Made by a program: the position numbers and the translations under genes. Below the pieces are notes generated by a model that was not told the origin of the DNA, made no database searches, and saw only the letters and a program-made list of their open reading frames with translations. 64,000 nucleotides of DNA from Octopus sinensis (lineage: Eukaryota), in contig NC_042999.1 of assembly GCF_006345805.1 (NCBI RefSeq), positions 158,720,001 to 158,784,000 of the forward strand, read 5' to 3'. This document shows positions 1-12,030 of the stretch, in pieces (positions within the stretch are counted from its first letter, which is position 1; every line of letters starts with the position of its first letter).

Positions 1-130
1 ATGGGAAGTAATTTTGCCAGGTTCTCAAACAATGTTGCTAATCCATCGATATAACGACGACAACAACAGTTCTAATGATAATAATTATTACTAATTTTGA
101 CACAAGCTCAGCGATTTTGAAGGGATTTGA

Positions 131-315
131 ACGTCGATTATATAGACCTCATTTCTCAACTGGTACTTACTTTATTGACCGCAAAAGAATGAAAGACAAA
201 GTCGACCTTGGCGATATTTGAACTCAAGACATAAAGAACAGGAATCAATGCCACTAAGTATTTTGTTCAACGCACTTATGAGTTAACTTTGGTGGCATTT
301 GAACTCAGAACGTAA
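131..315 (-). mobile_element. Degraded tRNA-derived SINE fragments (family 1)
   Basis: ACTGGTACTT...GAATGAAAGACAAAGTCGACCTTGGCG...TTTGAACTC is the reverse complement of the family-1 body and B-box seen intact at 1517-1738. Confidence 0.65.
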
Positions 316-527
316 TGAAGCAACCATAATAACAATGCTTTCATTATTAGCTACCAAAGCTCACAACAACAATCGAAGGTATTACACATATTAATGTGGT
401 TAAAACAGAAAATTTTGCGTGTAAATACAATATAAATAAAATCGATATGCTAACTACAAAATTTTTAAATAAGAAAAATTCCTCAATATAGAGAACTGAA
501 ATAATCTTTCATGGAAATTCTTCGAAA

Positions 528-900
528 CCATGGTCATCCTAAGCACTAAGGTCTTCTGCCAGGACTCTTCCAATCTACACTTCAGAGCGGGTCTGTTCAT
601 TTTCATCATACACACTGGTCTCGTCTGTCATATAACATCCTCATCCAAACCTCTAGTCTCGGTCGCCTGCCCTTCCTGTCCATAGAATAGAAGCAAGACA
701 ATTTTTACAATGTATTGAGTTGATATCTGCATCCTTCATACTGTTTCATACGTTTCTGACATAATTTCCCAAGTCAGCAGTGTTCGGTTACGGGATGATG
801 CGAGGGGGACAGATTCGTTGGCCGACTAGTACCTCCGGCAGGTCTGGTTGACGGTACCTCCATGTCTGTAGAATTTATTTCGAACCTGCAATGTCCCTTG
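528..900 (-). mobile_element. Highly degraded RTE-like LINE 3' end
   Basis: The minus strand gives GRRPR-like and W-R-V-L-A-E-D-L-S-A-*-D-D-H-G segments resembling RTE ORF C-termini; many stops and frameshifts. Confidence 0.3.
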
Positions 901-1516
901 ACCAGGGATTTCGCGAAATTATCTTCAGCCGAAAAGTCCTTCGGAGCAGAGCAGTTAGTTGTTTTCCATTGAGACCCGTATTTTCCCCGAGAAATTCGAT
1001 GTATTTACCCCTAAACCTCAAAGGAACTGTTGCTGAGATGGTTATGCGCACGTTAAGTTGCGTGTGAATCATATAATAACACCAAGCAAACATTTAATAG
1101 TAACATTTCACTGCACAAGTACTAATTAAGTTGATCATGGATTATAAATTTTCAACACAAGATCAATACAATTGAAAGAATAAGTCTGTATCATTCCTAA
1201 TTAATTGATTACAAAAGCTCTGTACTGAAGTTTGCACAGACAGGAGAAAGTATTCACAGTCGATTCCCTTCGGCCAGTTTAATCATCATAGCCAAGCTGA
1301 GCTGACAGTCGTAAATCGACTACTACAAACACGGGAGACCATGTGCAGCAAATACGCAGATTAACATGCAATGTGAAAATTAGCACTGCAAAATAGCATT
1401 GAAAGAAGAGTTCCAGAAGGATTTAGGTTTATCTATCCCGTGAAGTTTGGCTGCTGATTGACCAATAACTCATTGCTCACGTGAACAAACTGTTGTTATA
1501 TCATGAATTTCTCAAA

Positions 1517-1738
1517 GGCGGTGAGCTGGCAGAAACGTTAGCACGCCGGGCGAAATGCGTAGGCGTATTTCGTCTGCCGTTACGTTCCGAGTTCAAATTC
1601 CGCCGAGTTCGACTTTGCTTTCATCCTTTCGGCGTCGATAAATTAAGTACCAGTTACGCACTGGGGTCGATGTAATCGACTTAATCCGTTTGTCTGTCCT
1701 TGTTTGTTCTCTATGTTTAGCCCCTTGTGGGTAGTAAA
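1517..1738 (+). mobile_element. Full-length tRNA-derived SINE, family 1 (tail type a)
   Basis: A-box-like TGGCAGAAACGTTAG, B-box GAGTTCAAATTCC, body GCTTTCATCCTTTCGGCGTCGATAAATTAAGTACCAG, tail ...CCCCTTGTGGGTAGTAAA; many related copies in the window. Confidence 0.9.
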
Positions 1739-3353
1739 CTTTATAATTCGAAACTCGATTTCCAGTCTTGGTACGGAACACACAGAACCTCGGGCTCTGC
1801 AAAAGCCAAACTAGCAATCTCTGATGAGTAGAGAGAGAGAGAGGGGGAAGAGAGAGGAGAGAGAAAGAAAGACAGAGAAAGATATATATATATATAGAGA
1901 GAGAGAGAGACGGAAAGAGAGAAATATTCAAGTTGATGGATATCAGTGTTAATGCTGTCTTTGTTGCCTTACTGATGCTCGAAGAGAAAGGAATATGAAA
2001 ATAGCTGAGTTAGAGGGGTTGCCTTTCTTTCGAATGGGAAACTTTGAAAAGTGCTTCCAAATGTTAGGACACGTCTCCGTAGACAGTGAGAGGTTTATAT
2101 ATTTGGTGGTTGTAATTGGATGGATATTCTTAGATCCGGTGACCTTGTTTGTTTGAAGCAAGTGGATGTATTCCCACCAGGAGAGAGAACTGGATAAAGC
2201 AGGAAGGGGAGAGCTATATTAGGTTGGCAAACGGTGAGCAGAGTGTCGAACCGGTTGTAAATCGGGCAGATTAGGTAGATGCTTTCTCAATATGCATACT
2301 ACTTCCAGACCTATCGTTGTCAAGAAATCGAGGAGTTATGGATTTCACAAAGAAGACGAAGTTATTTTTTGGCAGGAAACATGAAAGATAGATTGCATTA
2401 CGAAACTCTGTGTGATGTATACTTTGATATTGCAAGCAGCAATGAGATAATAAAAATTTATGCTGCTTATAACTTTGTGTTTATTATTTTCTCCATATTG
2501 CCTTCTATTTTTAATTTGTATAGAGTAAGTAAATAACTCTGTTTTCTACTGTTTTTGTCTCAAAAGTAACTTTCAAAAGCAGTGACAGAAACTATATCGT
2601 TATACTGCTCAGAGCAAGATAAATCAAATCTGGAATTCTTAAAGATACTTTTTTTTAGCTAATGTAATGGATGACTGAGAAAAAGTGATTTCGTACTGAG
2701 AAGTCATATTTAATAGATCATTGTGCATTGTAGGAAAAAGTTAAAATTGCGTGACTTGACACGTTGAAATGATTTCTTATTACTGGATGATACTATGTTA
2801 ATTACTGGAAACTGACAATTTTTCATTTGTGTCTATAATGTCAGAAGAGTTACGATATGTAAGGCTACAGAGGCTGAATATTGTATAATCTAGCAAGCAA
2901 CTGTAGCACTGTTTATATCCTTCTTGCTGAATTTGTTATTGCAACTCTTTATCAGTGCCATTTAATGATAAAGTCGACGCTAATTTTCCTTCTTAACAGT
3001 ACTTAATTCACGAAATCAGTTGTTATTACCCTTTGAAAGCATTCATATATCATACATCATATTTGCATTTATGTAAATAAGAATATATGCTGAATGCATT
3101 AGCCCACAAGAAAGCGATTGACTACCTACCGATTCTAGAAGTGTTGTTTGGATCGAATTGCAATCACAAGACGCCTAGATTTGCCTTTTTCTTTATACAT
3201 CGAAATCCATTAGCTGTAACTTTAAAGATCTCAGTGCGTTTCTAAAGGTTTATCTAGCACCGCATGTAGTGTTTCAAATATTTGCAATATTAGTGTATGA
3301 GCGTATATGTATTTATATATATGTGCGTGTATGTATGTATATATACGTATGTG

Positions 3354-3386
<33 letters not shown>

Positions 3387-3561
3387 GTGTATATATTATT
3401 ATTACGAATTTGGGATATGTACCAACAGATAACCAACTCCTATTTCAGGATAACCTCATGGTATGGTATACACAGAGAAAATAAAGTAAAGCAAAATAAT
3501 TAATATAACATAAAATAAAATTAGATAAATAAATATATCTTACCTGTTATTATTCTGTATG

Positions 3562-3583
3562 TATATCTATCTATCTATCTATC

Positions 3584-3634
<51 letters not shown>

Positions 3635-3647
3635 ATCTATCTATCTA

Positions 3648-3705
<58 letters not shown>
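3562..3705. repeat. Compound (TATC)n/(TA)n microsatellite
   Basis: Read directly from the sequence. Confidence 0.95.
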
Positions 3706-3854
3706 GTTTCTTTGCTGTGTATCTTTCTGCCGAAGAGCGTAGGTTCGAAACGTAAAAGACTTGTTTTATTTATATTCCTGAGCGCCATACTAATACATTG
3801 TTTGTTTGTACTCCACCTGCCTTCGTCTTTTGTTTATCTTCGTAAACCTTCCCG

Positions 3855-3856
<2 letters not shown>
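3706..3856 (+). mobile_element. Short dispersed non-coding repeat carrying a hammerhead-like motif (copy 1)
   Basis: Near-identical to 42990-43120; contains TCTTT-CTGCCGAA-GAGC-GTAG-GTTC-GAAA-CG-TA-AAAGA at 3722-3759. Confidence 0.75.
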
Positions 3857-3899
<43 letters not shown>

Positions 3900-4295
3900 G
3901 TACATCTAGGTATAGTCATGTGTGTGCGACTGACAGTGAAGATCTTTTGTGATTGGGCGAATTTACTATACTCCCAGGTGCCCCTGTGTCCATAGTACCC
4001 TTTTAATCTTTCTGATGTCACAAAGTTGGAAGACAAATTTGATTTCCGTGATTGTCTATGTTTGTTATTTGCCCATTTTAGACCACACCTACTTTTCCTT
4101 CGAATGCCCAACTTCAAAACTTTACTAGCTGAACTATGTAGGCTATGTCACTGGTCGACCGTTTAACGTATGTCTGAAGATGTGGAATAATAATCTATAA
4201 TCTTTAACGACCGCATTGAAAAAAAATTCTCCCGAAACGGGCTAACCCTAGTATTGACACAAACACATACACACACAGATTATACATACATACCT

Positions 4296-4332
<37 letters not shown>

Positions 4333-4886
4333 CGTAAATCTTTTATCTATACTTTTAACCGTTTCAGTCATTTGACAGCGCACCTAGTGGGGCATTGCCT
4401 TGAAGAATTTTTAGTCGACTGAATCGAATCCAGTTCTTATTTTTATTCTTGTTTTGTGAAATCTGGCACTTGCTCGCTAGGTTTCTTTTTGAACGGACTC
4501 GAGACTATAGTAGAAGATAATTGTTGAACTCAGTGCGTTTTCTATTCTCTTATATTTACTCTCCGTATGAAATTATATAATTATCATTCGTATATATATA
4601 CAAGCGTGTATGTATGTATGTATGTATGTATGGATGGATAGATGGATGTATGTATGTATGTATGTATGTATGTATGTATGTATGTATGTATGTATGTATG
4701 CATGCATGTATGTGTGTATGTTTGTGTATGTATTGCCTTTGTGTATGAGTGTATAGGTTGATAGATATACATAAGTATATATATATGAGGATAGTTTTAT
4801 AATTTCGTTAAACCGAAGAACAAAATGAAAATAAGACTGCCGCTGGAAGTGGTCAGGTGACACTGAGGCGAAAGGAGAAATAATTG

Positions 4887-5404
4887 AAAGGTATAATGAA
4901 TAAAAACAACTTCAATCGGTCAAAACAACTTGTCTGCAATTAAACAATGTAATAACCAGAAATGTGAATTTTTCTCCTGATGAAAAGGTGTGTTACTGTT
5001 GGATTTCCTTAATGGATTGTACATTAACGATATGAAGCAGCATTGTTTGAAACGATCGTAGAGATGGGCTTCAAAGAACTCTGATCTGGATTCCTGACAC
5101 TTTTTTTTTTATACTTATACTATTGTATTTTTACATATCTATATTATTTTAGCTCCATTGCCATAAATTTTCAATCGCCTTTATTATGCATGAATTTATT
5201 CAATATTTAACATTTTTCGACTCCCTCGTATTACCAGTTTAGGCTTTATCATCTTTTATTCGTGTGTATGTGTATATTTTATACTACTGGGTTTTACCAT
5301 TGGGTACCCTATTGTTTTGATATATATTTACATTCGATTTTTGATAATTTGGGAATGATATAAAGTTGTTTTGACCGATTTGAATGTTTATTCATTATAC
5401 CTTT
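4887..5404 (+). mobile_element. Non-autonomous Penelope-like element bracketed by inverted repeats
   Basis: 4887-4931 and 5363-5404 are reverse complements (two perfect 18-bp blocks); internal hammerhead motif followed by a T-rich tract; no ORF. Confidence 0.55.
4973..5064 (+). ncRNA. Candidate type I hammerhead ribozyme with canonical core
   Basis: Stem I TCTC(4973-76)/GAGA(5061-64); CTGATGA at 4977-83; 65-nt stem II region; GAAA at 5049-52; palindromic stem III A-CGATCG-T; predicted GUA cleavage after 5060. Confidence 0.55.
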
Positions 5405-5621
5405 ATATATGATTATATATGCATATAAATAAATACACATGCACACAAATATATGAATACACACGCCTGCTTGTATATTAACCGTCACACATGCTGTGTC
5501 GCATTACCCTAGTTCCCCATTTTAGCCATTTTCTAAACCATTCTTCATCACAACTAAAAATCTGCTGAAATCTCTGTCGAGAACATTAATTTTTTTCTTT
5601 ACATCTGAGGAAGATATAACA

Positions 5622-6479
5622 TGCGAGTATGTTATAACTTCCTCAAAAGTAACCAGAAACGTTCCCTGTGGGAAAAACCCGTTGTAGTTCAGGCTTTCAC
5701 CGCAAGAAGTCACTCAATTCGGCCCTCGAGCGTCAGTTTGCCGACCGGTGTCATCTGTTGCTGTCTAACTGCCACGAGCTGCATCTTTGCTTTTGTGGTG
5801 CTTCTCTGTTCGTCGATTTTTGCGATGGCTGAAACGAAGGACCAGTATGCTTCCATGGAATTCTGTTTATTGTTGTGGAAAACGGCGACCAAAACATTTG
5901 TCGGGCTTCACACAACTTCAAAGAATGCTGTCATGAGCAAAACACAAGTTTACGAGTATTTTCCACACTTTGGGAATGGTCACCTGTCGCTTCAGCACCA
6001 ACCTCGTTCAGGACAACCGTCGAACTCCCGAACGAATGAAAACATCATGAATATTCATGAACTGATCCTAGAGGAACAAGATGACGATGTTGTTGATATG
6101 ATTTGCATGTCCTGGGGCTGCTGCTGACGAATTTTGAGCGACGAATTGTGGATGAAAAGAGTTGCAGCAAAATGTGTGCCTCGCTTGCATGTCGTGAACT
6201 GAAAGAACAGTTGGAAGTTGATCTGGATATTTTCCGAATGACTAGATCTGGTGCTACTGAATTTGCAGATGTGGAAGAGGTGAAGAAAAAACGACAGAGG
6301 AGTTATAAAGCATCACTTCGCAAGAGTTGCAGCACTGCTTCGAGTAGTGGAAAACTCGCCTGGACCGATACATTGCTTCAAATGGAGAATAGTTTGAAGT
6401 CGTTAAACGTATAACCATGTAAAACTAAATGAATAAAATAATGTTGCAAATTTCCGGTTTCTTTTGGGTACCCCCTCGT
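5622..6479 (+). mobile_element. Internally deleted mariner transposon relic
   Basis: MAETKDQYASMEFCLLLWKTATKTF...PRSGQPSNSRTNENI...MKRVAAKCVPRL is a mariner HTH region plus a WVPHEL-equivalent motif; C-terminal CIASNGE*FE; right TIR ...TTCTTTTGGGTACCCCCTCG-TA with a degenerate left match CTCAAAAGTAACCAGAAA; DDD domain missing. Confidence 0.8.
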
Positions 6480-7510
6480 AGATCCAAGCTGAGCATCAAT
6501 TGAGTTAATTGCGATAGTTTTCAAGAGTTAGCACAAGTAACGGACTTGCCATATCTTTTATGACAAAGTAACGTAAAGCGTATGAAGTCAGGAGCTTACT
6601 TTTACCCTGGCTAAAGTTAACTGGATCTAATCCGAAATATTGCTGATGGATGAATTATATTGTGTGTAGTTTTAGGAATAAAATATCTGTCTAATTTCTA
6701 ATCTGCATATCTGTAAAACAATACACCATACTTTGTAATCATTCCTGTCATCCTTTGTCGCTGATTTCATGTTATATGTTGTTGTTGGTATTTGTTGTTA
6801 TAAGCTAGGTTGTGCTGCGTCAATACATACTTGACAAATGCGAACGTAATATGGTTTATTATTATATTTATTGTACATTTATTAAAATTTCTATTGGTGG
6901 TAGTTTCATTAAGTAAACGCCCAATTGCTTCATTAAGACTGCCTTGAATTCTGCATATCTGCTTGCTTGTTGAGAGGGAAGATGTGTCGTCAATGAAAAT
7001 TAATCTGCCTTTGTCTTTCCTTTGGCAAGAAATGATAATGTGTGATCTGGAGTAGCTCTCAATCACTGTGGTTGTTCTTGGCAGGCCTTCGTTCTAATAT
7101 ATCTGACACAAAGTGCCTCAGTGATGTTCATGAATCGACATGATATCACTGCGAGCCGATTGGCTGATAATTAGGACAGACTGATAATTAGGACAGGAAG
7201 CAGATCTAGTGGTGGTACGAGCCTGCAATTGAAAAATGTGAGGTTCGATTGTAGATCTCTATACATTTTTAATATTCAAATGTTTTTCCAGTGAAGAACA
7301 AACTCACAACTAGCATTACTTTGGCAGGACTTTGTGTCACTTCTGAAAATATAAGATGACCTTCAGTTGGAGTAATAACAGCGCCACTTACTGAACAAAA
7401 ATATGTTCTGGTAAGTACACATTTGCATGAGTGTGTGCATAACGTGTGCAGAAGATATACTGATAGAGAGCTTGATAGCTAGCTAGTTAGATAGATAGAT
7501 AGATAAATAT

Positions 7511-7567
<57 letters not shown>

Positions 7568-7644
7568 AAAACTGGGAGAGAGTCACGACGAGAGAGAGAG
7601 AGAGAGAGCAATGTATATTATAATTATGAATTATAATACGGCAA

Positions 7645-7860
7645 TCTTGTAGAATCATTAGCACGCCAGACAAAATACTTAGCGGCATTTCGTCCGTCTT
7701 TACATTCTCAGTTCAAATCCCAGCCCCCCCCCGCTGGTCAGCTTCCTGTGGTCCCTTCAGGTCGATCAAGTGAGTACCTATCAAGTACTGGTGGGTCGAT
7801 GTAATCGACTAGCCCCCTCCAAAACTTAACGCCCTGTGGCTATAGTACGAAATATTATAA
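7645..7860 (+). mobile_element. Degraded family-1 SINE (tail type b)
   Basis: AGAATCATTAGCACGCC...CAGTTCAAATCCC...GGGTCGATGTAATCGACTAGCCCCCTCC. Confidence 0.7.
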
Positions 7861-8061
7861 CTTCAGTGAAAATAGAGAAAATATATTGCGCTTCAATGAA
7901 TCAGTTATTGATTTGCCAACGTGCCTGCTATCGATACCTGCGCGGCAAATGAAGGAAGGGCACTATAAAGAAAGTATTAGAGAAGAAGAAATCTGTCGAA
8001 TTCAGAGACCTATCACTTAAACGTGCAATCCAAAATTACATCACGAAATGTGAAAGAATAC

Positions 8062-8472
8062 TATCTTTTTTTACTCTTTTTACTTGTTTCAATCATTTGA
8101 CTGTGGCCATGCTGGAGCACCGCCTTTAGTCGAAGAAATCGACCCCAGGAATTTGTAAGCCTTCTACTTATTATATCGGTCTCTTGCCGAATAACTAATT
8201 TACGGGACGTAAACACACCAGTATCCGTTGTCAAGCGATGTTCGGGGGACAAACACAGACGCACAAACGTATACACACGCATAAATATGTACATATATAT
8301 ACATATATATGACGGGCTTCTTTCAGTTTCCGTCTACCAAATCCACTCACAATGCTTTGGTCGGCCCGAGGCTATAGTAGAAGACACTTGCCCAAGGCGC
8401 CACGCAGTGAGACTGAACCCGGAGCCATGTGGTTGGTAAGCAAGCTACTTACCACACAGCCACTCCTACGCC
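8062..8472 (-). mobile_element. Full-length tRNA-derived SINE, family 2
   Basis: Reverse complement of the family at 34543-34994: head GGCGTAGGAGTGGCTGTGTGGTAAGTAGC, CTTGGGCAAGTGTCTTCTACTATAGCC, internal microsatellite, AAAAGAGT-type tail. Confidence 0.9.
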
Positions 8473-8524
8473 TTGATATGAAATATATTAAAGAATACTG
8501 TTTATTTAGTCTTCAAATCAAAGG

Positions 8525-8740
8525 TGGAAAGCAGACATAATCGTTAGCATGTGGGACAAAAAGCTTAGCGGCATTTCGTTCATCTTTACGTTCTGTGTTC
8601 AAATTACGTCGAGGTCGACTTTACCATTCATTCTTTTGGGGTCGATAAAATAAGTACCAGTCGAGCACTGTGGTCGGTGAAATCGGTTTCCTCCCGCCCC
8701 AGAAATGCTTGGCCTTATGCCAAAATTTGGATTCATATTT
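8525..8740 (+). mobile_element. Degraded family-1 SINE
   Basis: ATCGTTAGCA...GTTCAAATT...GAGGTCGACTTTACCATTCATTCTTTTGGGGTCGATAAAATAAGTACCAG. Confidence 0.75.
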
Positions 8741-10109
8741 GATATTCAAATCTAAAGCCAAAACATATTTCCAAAGTCACCACAGAATTCTTTAAAATGT
8801 TCTGCTGGAAAAATAGCCTCAGTTAACAGCTTCAGCGACAAGAAGATGCATCATTTAGACGTACGAACGTTGGAAGCCAAGCAAAAACATAAATAAATAT
8901 ATTGAGTAATTAATTAATTAAATTTAATTAATAAAAATGTAAGTATCAGGAATAGCATAAACTCATTAACACAAGTAATTATTTAGAAAATTTCAAAACA
9001 AGATGACACATAATTAAGCAAGAATGTTGCTGAAGTTTGCTGAAACAACTAGCAAATGAAATTATGATAAACATAGACGATACCCGAAAAAATGATAAGA
9101 ATGCAACAACGACGCATGTACGGTCATAAACAACAGCTCCAAAGATCGGTTTCAATATAACAAAAACAATGGCAACATGTTGATAAGAACAATAACAAAT
9201 ATATATATACATATACATATTCTAGCACTCTAGTGTATGTGACATTTGCAGGTACACCGGAACAAAAATAGTTTCCGACTGTAAATTGCAACGTCATTAA
9301 TATGGTGTAATGATAAATATTAACTTTAAATGTAAATTATATTTTCTATATCATGTAATATGAGCTCTCTTCAACTTTTGTTTATAAAGTTGACATCAGA
9401 ATGCGGATATATGGATGTGTTTATGCATGAACGTTTGTCTGTATGTATGTTTTATGTATGTGTCAGTAGAAACATACGTAATTTATTCTACTTGCAAGTT
9501 ATGGATGCTGTTATAGATGGGAAATCTTGATTCGAAGATACCTTTTTGATAGATATTGACTTACTTCTATTTACACCGTTGGAATGTCACCTTTCCTAAA
9601 TTTTAATGATCCATATCTATTGTGCATTCATACATTTCTTTTACTAGTGTTTAGTAAAATACATAATTTATTCTACTTACAATTGTCAGTTTTCTGTATT
9701 TTGTCTATTTTTTGACGGAGTTTCTTCTCACCTCTATCTAAGCTCTTGACTTCTTTCTTATCTTATTTTTTTCTTTGACGATTTCATGTATCATGGTTTA
9801 TGAGCTCTTATTTTCTTTCTAAATGTTTTGATGTCGAGAATTTGTAGACATTTGTTGATGCTTAGATAAAATTCAGCAGTCTTCATGCAAACATATGATC
9901 AAATTTGTTTCAACTATCACCATCCCCTTTTGGCTTGATGCAGTTTATCAAATGTGCCCTTCCGATATTAAAATGGTTCGAACTTTTGGCAGCAATTCCT
10001 AGCAGGTCGAGTAACTCTGTAAATATTCCAGCATGAACGCGTAAATGTATGAGTTTCAATATATATATATACATACATACATACATACATACATACATAC
10101 ATACATACA

Positions 10110-10140
<31 letters not shown>

Positions 10141-10141
<1 letters not shown>

Positions 10142-10468
10142 CCCGTGTAAAATCTGAGTGGTGACCACCGCTGATGCCATGTGCGGTTGTTTTTAGTTTA
10201 AGCCGCAGCGAGAAATTGGGTTTGCTAAGAAATAAAAGCAGGGATATAAATTTTTCAAAAGTGGAGAGAATGACTGAGAGAGAGAGAGAGATTACTTTTT
10301 GTATATATACTTATTTTATTATGCTTTTTCATAATTCATTCTTTATTTTGCAAGCAGATGCAGAAAAATTTTAATATATTTCGTTCTAGAATTGTAACTT
10401 ATCTACGCGCCACAATTTGCGATAAAACTACACGGTTATATTTAACATCTACGAACTATATAAACGAT
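10141..10468. repeat. Unclassified ~330-bp repeat, copy 1 (copy 2 at 11236-11570)
   Basis: Shared blocks CATGTGCG-TTGTTTTTAGTTTAAG, GGGTTTGCTAAGAAA, ATACTTATTTTAT, TTGCAAG-GATGCA and TATATAAACGAT in the same order. Confidence 0.75.
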
Positions 10469-10552
10469 CGACTTCACTTTTCTGCGTTTTTTCAAATGGT
10501 GGAGAAAAGATGTCAAAGGAGTCACTTAGAAGAGAGATTACCATTGACATTA

Positions 10553-10843
10553 TCTTTATATATAAAAGAGAGGTTGTGTGTCTGTCTCCTACGATTTAGA
10601 TTCCTAACTACTCCCACATTTTGCGGTGCAGTTTAACCAAAACCGGGTATAGTCGTGATTCATATCGAGCCCTTCTGGGTATTAGCGCGCGTCTACGATG
10701 AGTCTACGATTTAAAAAAAAATTTACCATAATTTTTTTTCCATTTTTAATGCATTTTTTTGCTATTTTTTGGCTATAACTCTCTAAAACGCTTATATAGT
10801 TATTTCCCTTACAAACCCGAGCAACGCCGGACGATACTGCTAG
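10553..10843 (+). mobile_element. Non-autonomous Helitron (291 bp)
   Basis: 5' TC after A10552; subterminal hairpin CCCGAGCAACGCCGG; 3' CTAG at 10840-43 followed by T; no TSD; homologous to 62786-63186. Confidence 0.85.
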
Positions 10844-11235
10844 TAAAGAATACAATCGATATTTTCTATTTCTTTTACTAAATCAGTAGAAGAGAGTTTG
10901 GTTGATCGAAAGTCTGTTACGTGTTTAAGATTTCATTCTTAAGATTTCAATGCTCTTATTTTATTTCTCCTATTTATCTTTGTATTCTTTGTGTTTTTTC
11001 CAGTGTATATTCGCTTTGTTTGTTAATTCATCATGTAGATATAATTACCTTTTTCTCGAAAACCTACATACAAGCCCGGTTTTTCTCCGGTGCGAATGTG
11101 GGGGTCTTTGGTCGTTTTTCCCATGCAGTTTATCACATCAGGATGATTTCGGATTAGTTTTCAATGTTTCATCTCACCATGGCATCTTGCCCTCAGTTTA
11201 TTGTGTTGTATTCATATTTCGGCCATTGTTCGACA

Positions 11236-11570
11236 CCCACATGTGAAATTTGACTGACGACCGCCGCTGCGGTCATGTGCGATTGTTTTTAGTTTAAGAG
11301 GTAGAGAGAAATAGGGTTTGCTAAGAAACAAAACGGGGAAGGAGAAAATTACCTCAAGAGGAGAAATCACTAAGAGATTTTTTTATATACTTATTTTATC
11401 ATTTCTAAATAATTTATTCTTTTTTTTATTATTTTTTGTTGTTTTTGTTGCAAGTTGATGCAAATATATTTAAATCTATTTCGTCCTAAAATTTGAACTT
11501 ATCAATGTACCGCAACTTGGGATAAAGCTACATGGTCATTTAAAACATCTAGGTATTATATAAACGATAT
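11236..11570. repeat. Unclassified ~330-bp repeat, copy 2
   Basis: Collinear with 10141-10468. Confidence 0.75.
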
Positions 11571-11608
11571 GCATACACATATACACATATGTACACACAC
11601 ACACCCAA

Positions 11609-11647
<39 letters not shown>

Positions 11648-11839
11648 CATATATATATACGTGAATATATATAGACGCACAAATGCTACTTGTGGTGGAG
11701 AACGTTTATATATATTCAATGGCAACTTTTTCAAGCTTCTCTTGTAAACAATGAAAGATCCAGAGGAACAGTGACAAGATAGCCAGATGTCACTAAGTGC
11801 CTCAGAAATTAGTAATCACACTTGCGTAGGTGGTAATTC

Positions 11840-12030
11840 CGAGGAGAAATGAGACGTGTTTTGGAGAACAAGAGAATAATGGAAAATTGAGACAAACTAT
11901 CAAGTTGTTATTGAAATCATTTATATCACCATATCACATGGTGATATAAATGATTTAAATAACATCTTGTGCGTTTGTGTCCATTTTCTATTACTCTTAT
12001 GTTCTCTAAAACACGTCTCACATCTCCTCG
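11840..12030. mobile_element. Palindromic (fold-back) MITE-like element, 191 bp
   Basis: CGAGGAGAAATGAGACGTGTTTTGGAGAAC... pairs with ...GTTCTCTAAAACACGTCTCACATCTCCTCG; perfect inner 18-bp stem 11914-31/11939-56 with a 7-nt loop. Confidence 0.75.

Noticed and set aside
3269-3909. ORFs such as IYLSIYLS, YIYIYI, poly-I/N/Y/L here and throughout (e.g. 22920-23266, 30424-30957, 57361-57938, 60215-60751)
   Set aside because: Translations of microsatellites; no coding signal.
6767-7066. ORF with IFIDD, reminiscent of an RT active site
   Set aside because: No other RT motifs at the right spacing.
7165-7200. Short tandem duplications (17-bp at ~7165 and ~16925; triple GATAGTCAACT-like at ~43615-43670), checked as possible CRISPR-like arrays
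   Set aside because: Only 2-3 adjacent units with no unique spacers; ordinary slippage duplications in a eukaryotic genome.
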